A stretch of 64,000 bases of DNA from the human T2T-CHM13v2.0 reference genome, Homo sapiens, in assembly GCF_009914755.1 (NCBI RefSeq), contig NC_060934.1. One strand, written 5' to 3'. The notes under the pieces were generated by a model. It searched no databases, was not told the origin of the DNA, and saw only the letters and a list, made by a program, of their open reading frames with translations. Of this stretch, positions 14,050 through 27,217 are shown one piece after another. The position numbers and the translations under genes were made by a program. Numbering within the stretch: the first letter of the stretch is position 1; every line of letters starts with the position of its first letter.

Positions 14050-14333
14050 AGTTCATTTCTCACAGCTCTCAGGCTAGGAAGTCCATGGTCAAGACCTGAC
14101 AGGTTTGTCTGGTGAGGGCTTCCTGGTTCACAGACGGCGCCTTCTCACTGGGTCCGCACACAGTGGAAGGAGCGAGGGAGCTCTCTGTAGTCCCTTTTAT
14201 GAGGGCACAAATCCCATTTATGAGACCCTCATGACCTCCTCACCGCCCAAAGCTCCCCCTCCTAGCACCATCTCCTCCGGGGTGAGGATTCCAATTGTGA
14301 ATCTTGGGGAGACACAAACATTACAAAAGCCCA
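13989..14333 (-). mobile_element. ERVL-MaLR solo LTR (MLT1A/MST-like)
   Basis: ggctgctgtaaca...ctcacagctctcaggctaggaagtcc...ggtgagggc...ccctcatgacct...gggggagacacaaacatt is a typical reverse MaLR LTR. Confidence 0.8.
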
Positions 14334-15732
14334 TCATTTAATTTTGTTTAAAGGCATTTTTGCTTCTACAAAGTCTCAAGATAAAATCAAAACAAAGAGG
14401 TCTTCAGAGGAGTCAATCCACACAGTTCTCCCAAAAGGGCAAGCAATCGATTGCCACCACTTTTTACCCAAGACCCGCTGAGTGCCCTGGTCTGCATGAC
14501 TGATTCTAAATCACCGTCCTCTCCTCTGCCACTCAGAGGTCAGAGTCAGTCCAGAGCTTAACACCAAGGCAGAGCTGACTGAGAGACACAAGCTCATCCA
14601 TTAAGACAAGCCAAGACTCCTGCCCAAGGCCTAATCCCTCCACCAGGGAAACGTGGAAGGGCCAGATGCCTGGCAGCCCTTCCTTCCTCTTCTGAAGCCC
14701 CCGAGACACAGCCCCGGCCAGGTGTGTGCCTCGGGCAATGCACAGGTAACGTCAGCTGGGCACCGAGTCTGAGAACATGTTCTCAAGTAAAAATGAAAAC
14801 AGGACTGCTGTGAAAAGCTCATGCTTAATCACCTCTGGGCTAAATTCTAAATGCAATGTTATTTCAGAGCTAGGTGGAAGTAATTCCTTAAAAACATATA
14901 TGAACAGTAACTAGCAACCAGGGTGATAAGTACTCAGTATGTGTTTGATGAATAAATGAATTTTTAAAATTTATGAAAAGAGCACGCTCTATTTAGGAGA
15001 ATTCTATTTAATTTGATCTCCTAACTATAAAGTGGCTCCTTCGTGCTGACAGCAGGGTTTGCTTCAGTTGACTCAAAAAATGGTCACTCTAACAGGAAAC
15101 CAAAAGGCTTTACAGAGAGTCAAATTATGGTGCCAATTCAACTGTGCATGGCAATTTCACCTAAATATTTAAATTCTCGAAGCACCGTACTCAGAAAACA
15201 AGACATAACATAAATAAGTGCATCGCCTCAAGCACTATCACCTAGAACTTGACAAAGTTTGACTGTGAGTTTCAAGAAAAGGGCTGACGAGGCCAAGAAG
15301 TTCCTTCCCCTCTCCCCTTACCTCCCATTTTGGTGACAAACTTAATGCAGAGAAATTCCTGTTTCAGGTTTGCCGGCATTGGAGCAATCCTGGCATTTAT
15401 TCACCCAGGACACTAGAAGGCTGAAGTCTGCAGGGTGCACATATTTAAAATCACGGAAGCACTGGAGTAATGGAAAGAGGTGCCCGCGAAGGCATCATCC
15501 TTTCCAGGACAGGCTCTAATTCCGCCTCCGGGCCCTTTTGCAAAAAGCCATTTCTACAAACCCACGGCCACCAGGAGGAAACACACAAAAGACCCCACTG
15601 CCCTCCTGGCTTCCCAGAAGGCCTCAGAAGGACGAGACACGGAGCCCGCACACAATCCTGGACCCTCCTCCTTGCATTCAGTTTGATGCATGTCACCTGC
15701 CTGCATGATGGAGGTCCCACAATGGGCACAAG

Positions 15733-16308
15733 GGGACCCGTCAGGTCGGGAGGATGCTGCCCGGCTCACAGTCCACACATGGGGACGCGTCAGGTCGGGA
15801 GGGTGCTGCCCGGCTCACGGTCCACACATGGGGACGCGTCAGGTCGGGAGGGTGCTGCCCGGCTCACGGTCCACACATGGGGACGCGTCAGGTCGGGAGG
15901 GTGCTGCCCGGCTCACGGTCCACACATGGGGACGCGTCAGGTCGGGAGGGTGCTGCCCGGCTCCCGGTCCACACATGTGGACGCGTCAGGCCATCAGGGT
16001 GCTGCCCGGCTCACGGTCCACACATGGGGACGCGTCAGGTCGGGGGGTGCTGCCCGGCTCACGGTCCACACGTGGGGACGCGTCAGGTCGGGAGGGTGCT
16101 GCCCGGCTCACGGTCCACACATGGGGATGTGTCAGGTCGGGAGGGTGCTGCCCGGCTCACGGTCCACACATGGGGATGTGTCAGGTCGGGAGAGTGCTGT
16201 CCGGCTCACGGTCCACACATGGGGACGCGTCAGGTTGGGAGGGTGCTGCCCGGCTCACGGTCCACACATGGGGATGTGTCAGGCTGTCAGGGTGCTGCCC
16301 GGCTCTCA
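15733..16308. repeat. 49-bp CpG-rich VNTR, ~11.5 copies (ggggacgcgtcaggtcgggagggtgctgcccggctcacggtccacacat)
   Basis: Seen directly. Confidence 0.97.
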
Positions 16309-16760
16309 GTATCAGCCGCATATGCACATTCTCCACTGAAGCCACTGCATGAAGCCACGCTGGAAGCACTTTCTGGCAGGTTTAGGAAGCTCACGTCCAA
16401 GGTCATTAAACGCATGGCAAGCTCGCCTTGGAGGCATTTTACTTTGCTAATGACAACGAAGCATTCTCATTGCACTGAATAGTTTAGAGCAGTCTTTCAT
16501 GTCCACTGCCTCTTTGAAATAGGCATATTGTGCCTGTTTTACAGATTACATCAAGGCCCTAATATATTTAGTTCCTTGTCCCAGGTACACACAAATCAGC
16601 GACATCACTAGAACGTGTTTTGGACCACGAAAAGAAGGAAAATCACAGCATTATCCATTGATGCTGCTTAAAGCGTATTTCCAGATGTCCCTCCCCCGCC
16701 CGGCCTGTATCCAAGGCTTCCGCTGACCACGCGGCATCTGCTGGGCACTCTGCGCGCTTT

Positions 16761-16957
16761 CTCCCACACCCGCCACGCCTGTGGGCCTGTGCATGTCCCT
16801 CCACGCATCCCCACGCGGCTAAATCTCCCACACCCGCCACGCATGTGGGCCTGTGCATGTCCCTCCACGCATCTCCACGCGGCTAAATCTCCCATACCCG
16901 CCACGCCTGTGGGCCTGTGCCTGTCCCTCCACGCATCCGCACCTACCACGCGGCTAA
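16761..16957. repeat. 64-bp tandem repeat x3
   Basis: ctccca(c/t)acccgccacgc starts at 16761, 16825 and 16889. Confidence 0.88.
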
Positions 16958-17369
16958 CACACACCTCCCACAGGTGGCAAGTGCCTGAACGTCCCCACGG
17001 CTGGCGGGGCTCCCGGTGCAGGACACACAGACAGGCACGGCCGCCCCGCCCACGGCCACCAAGGGCTTTGCTTTGTCCCCAGAGGTGCCCTTCGATGGGG
17101 TCACACGGCAGATGGCCAAGTGTTAGATAATTAAGGCTCAGGAAATCACCGCAGCCTTACCTTTAGAACTCACCTCTCCCCTGCACTTCAACCCGAAGGG
17201 TGGGTCGCCAGAGCTGGGGAAGAGATGCCCAAGGCTCCCTTGCGCCCTGACAGCCTCGGACTCTGCTCCCCTCTGTTGGTTTCTTACTGCACCTCAATAA
17301 ACTTAGCTCACAGCAAGAGGCGGGCATGGCCAGAGTAGAAACACACGACAGACCCCGGGTAGACGCGAC

Positions 17370-17566
17370 GGGGGACGAGGGTGCGTGCCGGGACGAGGGT
17401 GCGCGCGGGGAAGAAGCTGCGCGCGGGGATGAGGGTGCGCGCGGGGAAGAGGGTGCGCGCGGGGATGAGGGTGCGCGCGGGGAAGAGGCTGCGCGCGGGG
17501 AAGAGGCTGCGCGCCGGGAAGAGGGTGGGCGCCGGGAAGAGGGTGGGCGCCGGGAAGAGGGTGCGC
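17370..17566. repeat. 18-bp GC-rich minisatellite x11 (ggggaagagggtgcgcgc)
   Basis: Seen directly. Confidence 0.92.
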
Positions 17567-18463
17567 AGGCTCCGAGAACCTGGGGGCAGCAAGGCCGGTC
17601 AAGGCTGGAGACTCCAACAGTGGCAGCAGCAAGGGTGTTGGCCAAGCCACAGAGACAGCCCCACCCAGAGGGGCTGCATGAACCAGCAGCGACCCTAACC
17701 CAACGTGCTCATCGGACTGGGCACACGCACACGCTGTGGACACGTGTGAATATGTTCCAATTAACGTGATGCTACGTAATAATCAACAACGTTAACCCCA
17801 TGGCTTCATTACATGGCATCTGGCACATTGAGACTTTTTATTCTGTCTCTCTTCCTATACAAAGAAGTGGAAAATAGGTCCAAGATCATTCACAACAAAT
17901 TATTGCTAATTGCAAAAAAAAAAAAAATCCTACCCTCACCTTGGAAGATCTCAAGGCAACACCTCGTTCTTTGAGGTCATAGTGGGGACGCTCTCCGGAC
18001 CCCTAGGTGAGTCTGTGACTGAGGGGAATCCCCAAATGGGCAGTTTTGGGGCCAGCACGGACGCCAGCCATGCATCCAGGCAGGTCTTGTGACCTCGGCT
18101 GGGTCACCAACCTATTCCTGCACTCAGACCCCGCCAGGAACGAGGGCACCGGCCCGCACATCTCTGCTCCCGAGGCTACATCCCCTACGTTCCTCTGCAC
18201 TGCTGGGTTCCATGCCTTAGATCCCAGGCACCTTAAAGCTGATGTTCCCCCACCAGCCCTCATGAAGATGATACTCACACAACGCCCCTCCTCTCCCACC
18301 TGGTCAGTACCCAGGGAGAAAGGAACCCGGGTGTCAGCTTGATTTTCTGCCAGTACATTGAAAAAACAGCTGGCCAGCAGCACTGGTGCACAGCACTGCC
18401 AGGTTACCCATGAGGAAAGCTAAGTAAAGTCAGATGTACTCAAGTCGGCTGCGGCAAGTGCTT

Positions 18464-18553
18464 CTACATCCCTGCTCCAACAAGGAAAGACAGGAGGCCA
18501 GGCGTGTGTGTGGCTCACACCTCTTGTCCTTCCTTGTTGGGGCAGGGGTACAG
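18464..18553 (-). ncRNA. MIR5699: pre-miRNA hsa-mir-5699
   Basis: 90-nt hairpin. The reverse complement of 18523-18544 is UGCCCCAACAAGGAAGGACAAG (miR-5699-5p as recalled) and of 18474-18495 is UCCUGUCUUUCCUUGUUGGAGC (miR-5699-3p). The arms pair directly. Confidence 0.92.
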
Positions 18554-18820
18554 AAGCATTTTGGGGGGCTGAGGCAGAAGAAATGCTGGAATTCGAGACC
18601 AGCCTGGGCAACATAGCAAGACCCCATCTCTACAAAAAAAAATACAAAAATTAGCCAGGTGTGGTAGCGCGCCTGTAGTCCCAGCTACTCAGGGGGCTGA
18701 GGTGGGAGGATCACCTGAGCCCAGGAGGCAGAGGTTGCAGGGAGCCAAGATTGCACCACTGCACTCCAGCCTGGGCAACAGGGCGAGACCCTGTATCAAA
18801 AAAAGGAAAGAAAGAAAGAA
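18496..18820 (+). mobile_element. AluJ with rearranged 5' head
   Basis: ggccaggcg..tggctcacacct head, AluJ diagnostics (ctgggcaacatagcaagacc, ggaggatcacctgagcccagg), A-tail and degenerate TSD aaggaaagacaggag/aaagaaatacaggag. Confidence 0.9.
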
Positions 18821-19696
18821 ATACAGGAGACCACTAATAATTCCAAATAGTGCCTACTAATTTGAAATCTTTTCCAGATATGATGAAGGAAATTATTTTC
18901 CTTCCTACACCCCTTCTAAGGAAACATTTCTATTTTTCTGCTACACAATTTGGTAACCTGCCCTTTCAGATCCTGGCCTCTTTAAGCAGGACTCGCTGGT
19001 GTGCTAGCAAAGCAGTGCTCTGAAACCTCAGCATCCTCAGACCCACCTGGAGGGCAGGTGAAGGATGCTGGGCCTCCGCCTCCTAACGTCACACTGGGGT
19101 GGGGCAGGTCTGGGGTGGGGCAGGGTTTGCACTTCGAATGCATTCCAGTCTAGGGCCACATCGCCCTAAACACGCCCATCTCATCTAATGCATGCCAGAG
19201 GGAGGAGCCACACGGGGCAGGTCACAGAGCAAGTGTCCAGGCACCAGGCCACCAGGTGCCTATTTAAATGCAAACCAATCAAGCAGCTTAAGTCAAACAG
19301 CTTCACCCTCCTAACACATTGGCCAACACAACTAGTGATAAATATCACTGCTGTTAGACCTTCTGCTCACTGATGACCAGAGCAAGGGCCTGAAACATCA
19401 AAGCTGAAGGGCGTGTGCCACGGTCAGGGCTCCGCACACCCCCGTCCCAGGCCATCGCACACGGGTGCCCTCACCGGCACCGGGGTCTCACAGACCAGCT
19501 CCACTCTCACACTTACTGGGACACAACCACCCTTTCAGCCCTTCATGCGTCTGTACCCTACAGCAGTGTTCAAGGGAGGCTAATTTAAGAAAGGAATGTA
19601 ATATGGACATCTGTGAACTCTTCCTCATATCCACTGAGTGGTCCTCCAGAAAGAGAAAGATTAAAAAGAAAAAGAAGATTTAAGAATCAAACACAG

Positions 19697-20005
19697 GGCC
19701 GGGCACGGTGGCCCACACCTGTAATCTCAGCACTTTGGGAGGCCAAGGCGGGCAGATCACTTGAGGCCAACAGTTTAAGACCAGCCAGACCAACATGGCA
19801 AAATCCCGTCTCTACTAAAAATACAAAAATCAGCCAGGCATGGTGGCACATGCCTGTAATCCCAGCTACTTGGGGGCTGAGGCAGGACAACGGCTTGAAC
19901 CGGGAGGCAGAGATTGCAGTGAGTGGAGGTTGCAGTGACCCAAGATCGCGCCACTGCACTCCAGCCTGGGCAACAGAGTGAGACTCCGTCTCAAAAAAAA
20001 AAAAA
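19697..20005 (+). mobile_element. AluS (Sx/Sz-like) with small internal duplication (ttgcagtga x2)
   Basis: Full-length Alu consensus match with poly-A. Confidence 0.95.
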
Positions 20006-20007
20006 CA

Positions 20008-20395
<388 letters not shown>

Positions 20396-21280
20396 TCATC
20401 CACCTGCCTTGATGTCACTACTCGAATCACAGAGGCCGAGATTCCCTAACCCTCGTTATGTCCATGTCACTCACAAGCAGGCACTGGGCCCCCACAATGC
20501 ACAGGGAATCCCTCTGGCCATCCAATGACCATCCATTGATAAATAAAAAGCATTAATTCCAGCTGGGTTGCAGAGTTGCACACATCAATACTTGTTACTG
20601 TTCACAAATGTTCCACCTGAGGGTGGAGTGAAGTTACAGAATTGGGAAGAACTTCACAGACGTATGAGGGTGTATTTAAGGAAAAAGTGTATGGAAGAGG
20701 TGAGAAAATAGAATATCCTAACCTCTGTCTTTTTATCACCCTCTAAATCCTATGATTCCAGTTCTGTTCATTCTGCAGTGAAAAATAATAAGTGATTCAC
20801 ACTCAGACACAAGGTGGCTTAGGAAGCTGCGGCTGTTTTAAAAAGATGAAACAATCTAGAAGGTCAGGATTCCATGAGCGTATTCCTTACTAAAAAAGAG
20901 AAGAGACTGGGAGTTACACATCAGCTTGCCAAGGCTGTCCTGAAGTCCAGGAGCCCCTCAGGAGAACAGAGAATGTGCACCTTCTGCAGACCAAGGCAGG
21001 TGGCCGGGCCCAAGAGTGGGGATGGGGAGGCTGCAGGAGGCTTGCAGAGGGAGCTGTCCCGCCAGCCTCTGGCAGAAACTCCTGACTAATTAAACCCTGA
21101 CAGCAACTCTGTTTAGTGAATTGTCTCCTGGTCACTAAGAAGAGTGAAGCTGTTGAAAGCCTACAGCCAACCCTCTGGATAATAGTTGAGACGTATTTTA
21201 GAGAAGGAAACGATCCCATCACAATCCCAGACTTGCCCACAGCTGCAGGCGCGTCCTGGGAGCGCGGCTTCTTGCTCTGT

Positions 21281-21635
21281 CAGCAACACGGCCCGCCGTA
21301 GAGCCACACGGGTTCTGCCTGACGCCCCCACTTCAGGGAGTCTGGGCAGGTGCAGCTGAAACAACGTCCGGGGGCAACCCCCACCCCCACTTCTCAAAAG
21401 TACACACAGAGGCAGACAGAATGAAACACGGCCCCCAAATCTCAGACGTAGGGTTCAGCAACACGGCCCACCATAGAGCCACATGGGCTCTGCCCAATGC
21501 CCCCACTTCAGGGAGCCTGGGCAGGTCCAGCTGAAACAGCATCTAGGGGGCAACCCTGCCCCTACTTCTCAAAAGTACATGCAGAGGCAGACAGAATGAA
21601 ACACGGCCCCTGGGCCTCAGACATACAATTTAGCA
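21281..21635. repeat. 175-bp tandem duplication x2 (diverged)
   Basis: cagcaacacggccc...gaatgaaacacggcccc starts at 21281 and 21456. Confidence 0.88.
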
Positions 21636-23774
21636 CCAGCATCTGTGAAACAAGAACAAAAGTCGCATGGGAAAGTGAGCATAAAAATGAAAAAATAACC
21701 GAATTACAGTGAAGATGGATGAGATGGGGAGGACTGTGAGGAAGGTGAGAAAGGGACTGAGGACCTGAAGAGGCACCTAAAAGCTGGATGTTCCCGACAA
21801 GACAAGAAAGACCCCTCCGGATGAGGTGGGACATCATCTTCATCATGGAAATAAAGGGGAAAAGCCTGAAAACATCAGTTTCCTACCATGAAGCAAAAAT
21901 CAAACTGGCCTCAGACTTCTCCTCTACAACACTGGATTCCAAAAGATGAGGACATGGCATCCGTGGGGTCTTGAGGGAGAGCTGGCATGAACGTTCCAGA
22001 GCTGCGTCTCCAGAAGCAGCCAAAACAGCCTCAGATCCAGCAGAGTCTTGTCTTGAAAAGTCTATCAGAGTACACCCCCTTATCAAAGTGGCACACGGCT
22101 GCAGGGGGTGTGGTGTAAGGTGATTTAGAAATCCTTCTCCATGCAGACCCTAAACTTGGGAGGCCACTGGTCACACCCTGGCCACACACCTCAGCCAGCA
22201 GGAAGCCCTGTGCCTCCTCTCTGCTCCATCTCTAACGCCAAGAAACATTTTACTCATAAAATTATGTTATTTCCCATCTGTTAAATTGTATATATTAAGT
22301 CCATAAAGAGACCAAGAGAATGTATAAAAACATTGATGACTTGATGGTGGTATTATAAGTAATTTTTAAACAAAACATGTTGTCTAAATTTTCCAGAATG
22401 AAAAAATACTCTTTTTAACAAGAAAGGTGCTTTTAAAGTCACTGTAAACAATTATATACCCATCCTATGAACGTGGTCTTAAAAAGCAAACAGCAAAAAC
22501 AGAAGGAAGTGCATGAATATGTTGATAACGTTTATCTCTGAATGGGGGGGGCTATTTTGCCTATTTCCCTAGGTTTGACGTGTCACTTCTGTAATGTAAT
22601 AATAGAGCAAACACAATAGTTCAGGAAACACTGCTGACCACTAGGACATAAACCCTGTCTCCCCCAAAATGCTGCGTCCCCCGACCTCTGATTTTATCTT
22701 TTAAATCAGCTAAGTTTTCTCCCCTAAAAAGAAGCATATTGTATCATTACTCTTTAAATTTAGGTGAGTTAACAGGCACACAGACTTAAACACTTTCTGG
22801 AAAGGTGATGTGTAGAGTTTAAGATTTATTTTGTTCTGAGAAGAGCAGGGGCACGTTCCCAGGTGAGGGGCCTCCAGGAAACACTGGCTGTGTCAGCTGG
22901 GCCCTCACCTGGAGAAACGCATGCTCGAGGCCTCCACTCTCCACCCGGCCCCAGCAGGAATGTGGTGCAGAGCTGACGACAGGCCCATCTATAAAAACCC
23001 CAAGGGCTGTTTCCAGGAGCGACTCACTGCCCCGTGCCCCCCGCACCCTGTCCCCCTGTGCAGGTACTGGAGCTGCTGTCCAGCCTCCCCCAGGCTCTCC
23101 ACACCCACACTCCACGCCTCCTTCCACCCCACGCCAACCTGCACCACCCAACTCCCCACTGTCTCTTACTGACCACCCGCCTCGACTCCCCCATAGCCTG
23201 GAAACTGCAAAGCTGCCTGGCAGCAAGAGGGGACGGGTGGCGACCGCACCAGCCAGGTAGCACCTGCTCCTGCCGGCCTGCAGGATCACAGGGCCTGCCT
23301 CATGGAGCCGTCTTTAAGCACAAGTACAGTGAGAAATCAATGCAGCTTTAGTTTTACTTTGCTGTTAAATTAATTTTATAACACTTGGCTATAACGTACA
23401 TTAATTTTTATAGCAATTACTAAAATAACAACTCATAATGCATTCATTCACCATATTAAGCCAAGCAACTGAAAAACCAAACACACAAGCAGAATTTTAT
23501 AGGACTGTAGTAGTTTTTGTTAGGCTGTCAAATTATTTTAAGCTCAAAATTAAAGTAATTAAATCTGTGACTCTCAACTGGGGGAGGTGGGCACACACAG
23601 AGTGTGGAAGTGAAAATCCTTTTTTTCTTCCAAACCTCACACAGACTCGGTTGGTAATTTCCATTGCTAGAATTATGTTCTGTTCCTTAGGTTAAAAACA
23701 ACTGCCTTCATACCTATTAAAAACAATGTTTCTTCCTTTCCTGAGTGAAAGTGAAATGAGCCATGGTGGCAAGC

Positions 23775-26199
23775 TGGGCGAGAACAGAGGGAAACTGAGT
23801 CCATGTCCACATTTGACAGTAGGAGAGAACAGAGGGAAACTGAGTCCACGTCCACATTTGACGGTGGGAGAGAACAGAGGGAAACTGAGTCCACGTCCAC
23901 ATTTGACGGTGGGAGAGAACAGAGGAAAACTGAGTCCACATCCACATTGGACGGTGGGAGAGAACAGAGGGAAACTGAGTCCACGTCCACATTTCACAGT
24001 GGGAGAGAACAGAGGGAAACTGAGTCCACGTCCACATTGGACGGTGGGAGAGAACAGAGGGAAACTGAGTCCACGTCCACATTGGACGGCGGGAGAGAAC
24101 AGAGGGAAACTGAGTCCACGTCCACATTGGACGGCGGGAGAGAACAGAGGGAAACTGAGTCCACGTCCACATTGGATGGTGGGAGAGAACAGAGCGAAAT
24201 TGAGTCCACATCCACATTGGATGGTGGGCGAGAACAGAAGGAAACTGAGTCCACGTCCACATTGGACGGTGGGCGAGAACAGGGAAACTGAGTCCACGTC
24301 CACATTGGATGGTGGGAGAGAACAGAGGGAAACTGAGTCCACGTCCACATTTGACGGTGGGAGAGAACAGAGGGAAACTGAGTCCACGTCGACATTGGAT
24401 GGTGGGAGAGAACAGAGGGAAACTGAATCCACGTCCACATTGGATGGTGGGAGAGAACAGAGGGAAACTGAGCCCACGTCCACACTGGATGGTGGGAGAG
24501 AACAGAGGGAAACTGAGTCCACGTCCACATTGGATGGTGGGAGAGAACAGAGCAAAACTGAGTCCACGTCCACATTGGATGGTGGGAGAGAACAGAGGGA
24601 AACTGAGTCCACGTCCACATTTGACGGTGGGAGAGAACAGAGGGAAACTGAGTCCACGTCGACATTGGATGGTGGGAGAGAACAGAGGGAAACTGAATCC
24701 ACGTCCACATTTGATGGCGGGAGAGAACAGAGGGAAACTGAGTCCACATCCACATTGGACGGTGGGAGAGAACAGAGGGAAACTGAGTCCACGTCCACAT
24801 TTGACGGTGGGAGAGAACAGAGCGAAACTGAGTCCACGTCCACATTGGACGGTGGGCGAGAACAGATGGAAACAGTCCACGTCCACATTGGACGGTGGGC
24901 GAGAACAGAAGGAAACTGAGTCCACGTCCACATTGGACAGTGGGCGAGAACAGAGGGAAACTGAGTCCACGTCCACATTGGACAGTGGGCGAGAACAGAG
25001 GGAAACAGTCCAAGTCCACATTGGACGGTGGGCGAGAACAGAGGGAAACTGAGTCCACATCCACATTGGATGGTGGGAGAGAACAGAGCAAAACTGAGTC
25101 CACGTCCACATTGGATGGTGGGAGAGAACAGAGCAAAACTGAGTCCACGTCCACACTGGATGGTGGGCGAGACCAGAAGGAAACTGAGTCCACGTCCACA
25201 TTTCACAGTGGGAGAGAACAGAGGCAAACTGAGTCCACGTCCACATTTGATGGTGGGAGAGAACAGAGGGAAACTGAGCCCACATCCACATTGGATGGTG
25301 GGCGAGAACAGAGGGAAACTGAGTCCACGTCCACATTTGAGGGTGGGCAAGAACAGAGGGAAACTGAGTCCACGTCCACATTTGAGGGTGGGTGAGAACA
25401 GAGGGAAACTGAGTCCACGTCCACATTGGATGGTGGGAGAGAACATAGGGAAACTGAGTCCACGTCCACATTGGACGGTAGGAGAGAACAGAGCGAAACT
25501 GAGTCCACGTCCACAGTGGACGGTGGGCGAGAACAGAGGGAAACTGAGTCCACGTCCACATTTGACGGTGGGAGAGAACAGAGGGAAACTGAGTCCACGT
25601 CCACATTTGACGGTGGGCGAGAACAGAGGAAAACTGAGTCCACGTCAACATTTGAGGGTGGGAGAGAACAGAGGGAAACTGAGTCCACGTCCACATTGGA
25701 TGGTGGGAGAGAACAGAGGCAAACTGAGTCCACGTCCACATTTGATGGTGGGAGACAACAGAGGGAAACTGAGCCCACATCCACATTTGAGGGTGGGTGA
25801 GAACAGAGGGAAACTGAGTCCACGTCCACATTGGATGGTGGGAGAGAACATAGGGAAACTGAGTCCACGTCCACATTGGACGGTGGGAGAGAACAGAGCG
25901 AAACTTAGTCCACGTCCACAGTGGACGGTGGGCGAGAACAGAGGGAAACTGAGTCCACGTCCACATTTGACGGTGGGAGAGAACAGAGGGAAACTGAGTC
26001 CACGTCCACATTTGATGGTGGGCGAGAACAGAGGAAAACTGAGTCCACGTCAACATTTGAGGGTGGGAGAGAACAGAGGGAAACTGAGTCCACGTCCACA
26101 TTGGATGGTGGGAGAGAACAGGGAAACTGAGTCCACGTCCACATTTGAGGGTGGGAGGGAACAGAGGGAAACTGAGTCCAGGTCCACATTTGATGGTGG
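23775..26199. repeat. 45-bp VNTR, ~54 copies (gggagagaacagagggaaactgagtccacgtccacattggacggt)
   Basis: Seen directly; 15-aa periodic ORFs; higher-order 270-bp and 405-bp blocks. Confidence 0.98.
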
Positions 26200-26885
26200 C
26201 TTTTAATGCACTGCAGGGTGTGTCCCCTTGACCTTCACGAATTTTCAGGTAGTAAGAAAGCAATTTTTCTTATTGGAAAGGAGAAAACTAAGTGACTGTA
26301 AAATAATATAATTTCCTTAAAGCAAAACAACAGAGAACCAACTTTTCCTTTTTTCACATTACCCAATAATTCTAAGACTCAGGGTTTTGTCACGTTACAG
26401 CAAATGCCATTCATTGGGGGAAGTCGGAAGTCAGAACAGTGTGTGCTATTCAAATTCTCGATGAATAATTAACTCAAATGTGTTCAGAGTGCTATAAAAT
26501 GAAATTAATTTATTTTTAGTTTAACCCAAAATCCCCAATCACTTGCCAAATGATCCTCTATGTATCCTACATAAAAGACAGGGTCTTTCTGGCAGAAAAC
26601 CATTGAAGTTTTTATTTGCAGTAAGAGAAGCATGCCTTATTATCAAACAGGTGCATGGTCCCCTTGTGGGGGGGTGCCCGTCACCTGCGTCCCCGTGCGT
26701 CACGGCGTTGCCGCACACCATTAACACATCAAAACGGAAAAGGAAATGTAAGCAGTGTTTGCCGTCCAAAGTTCACATCAACAATTCCTTATTAGGAAGG
26801 CAATTCTGAGCCTTTCCTCCTGCATCTGGGAGCTGCCAGCAACCCAGTTCCAGGAGAGAAAATAGCTTGACACCTCCTGCGGCCC

Positions 26886-26953
26886 ATGGAGTCCTCCCGT
26901 TGGGACAAGGACCCCCCAGGAGAGAGAAGACCCCAGCAGAGTCAACACTGGAG
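26886..26953 (+). CDS. PRR26: PRR26 putative ORF, coding segment 1 (MESSRWDKDPPGERRPQQSQHWR)
   Basis: ATG at 26886; donor AG|gtcctg at 26954. Matches the recalled N-terminus of putative PRR26; protein existence is doubtful. Confidence 0.6.
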
Positions 26954-27065
26954 GTCCTGCGGGGTGGGTGGTGCTGGGGAGGCCACACGGGGAGGGCTGT
27001 TCCCTGTTCCCTTCCCCTCAGGAGACAGCTGGCCCGAGGTGACACAGCACTGGATGCGATTTCAG

Positions 27066-27217
27066 GGCCAGAGACCATGGTGCCCGGGGCTGTGGACCAC
27101 GCCAGCCCACAGCCACTGCAAGCCCCAGACCGGGGCTGTGGATAACGCCAGCCCACGGCAGCCACACGCCCCAGACCAACACGAGAAGAACGCAGGCCGA
27201 CAACATCTTCATCTATG
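27066..27217 (+). CDS. PRR26: PRR26 putative ORF, coding segment 2 (ARDHGARGCGPRQ...TQADNIFIY)
   Basis: Acceptor tttcag|G at 27065/66; donor ATG|gtaggt at 27218; frame is kept across both junctions. Confidence 0.6.

Noticed and set aside
22859-22912. 11-bp inverted repeat ccaggtgaggg/ccctcacctgg
   Set aside because: 32-nt loop, GC-rich context; compatible with chance in 64 kb.
23692-26263. Very long ORFs (up to 848 aa) in several frames
   Set aside because: 15-aa periodic translations of the 45-bp VNTR, open on both strands, with no domain or splice context.
26493-26499. TATAAAA upstream of PRR26
   Set aside because: Lies in AT-rich sequence ~390 bp from the ATG; cannot be tied to a TSS from sequence alone.
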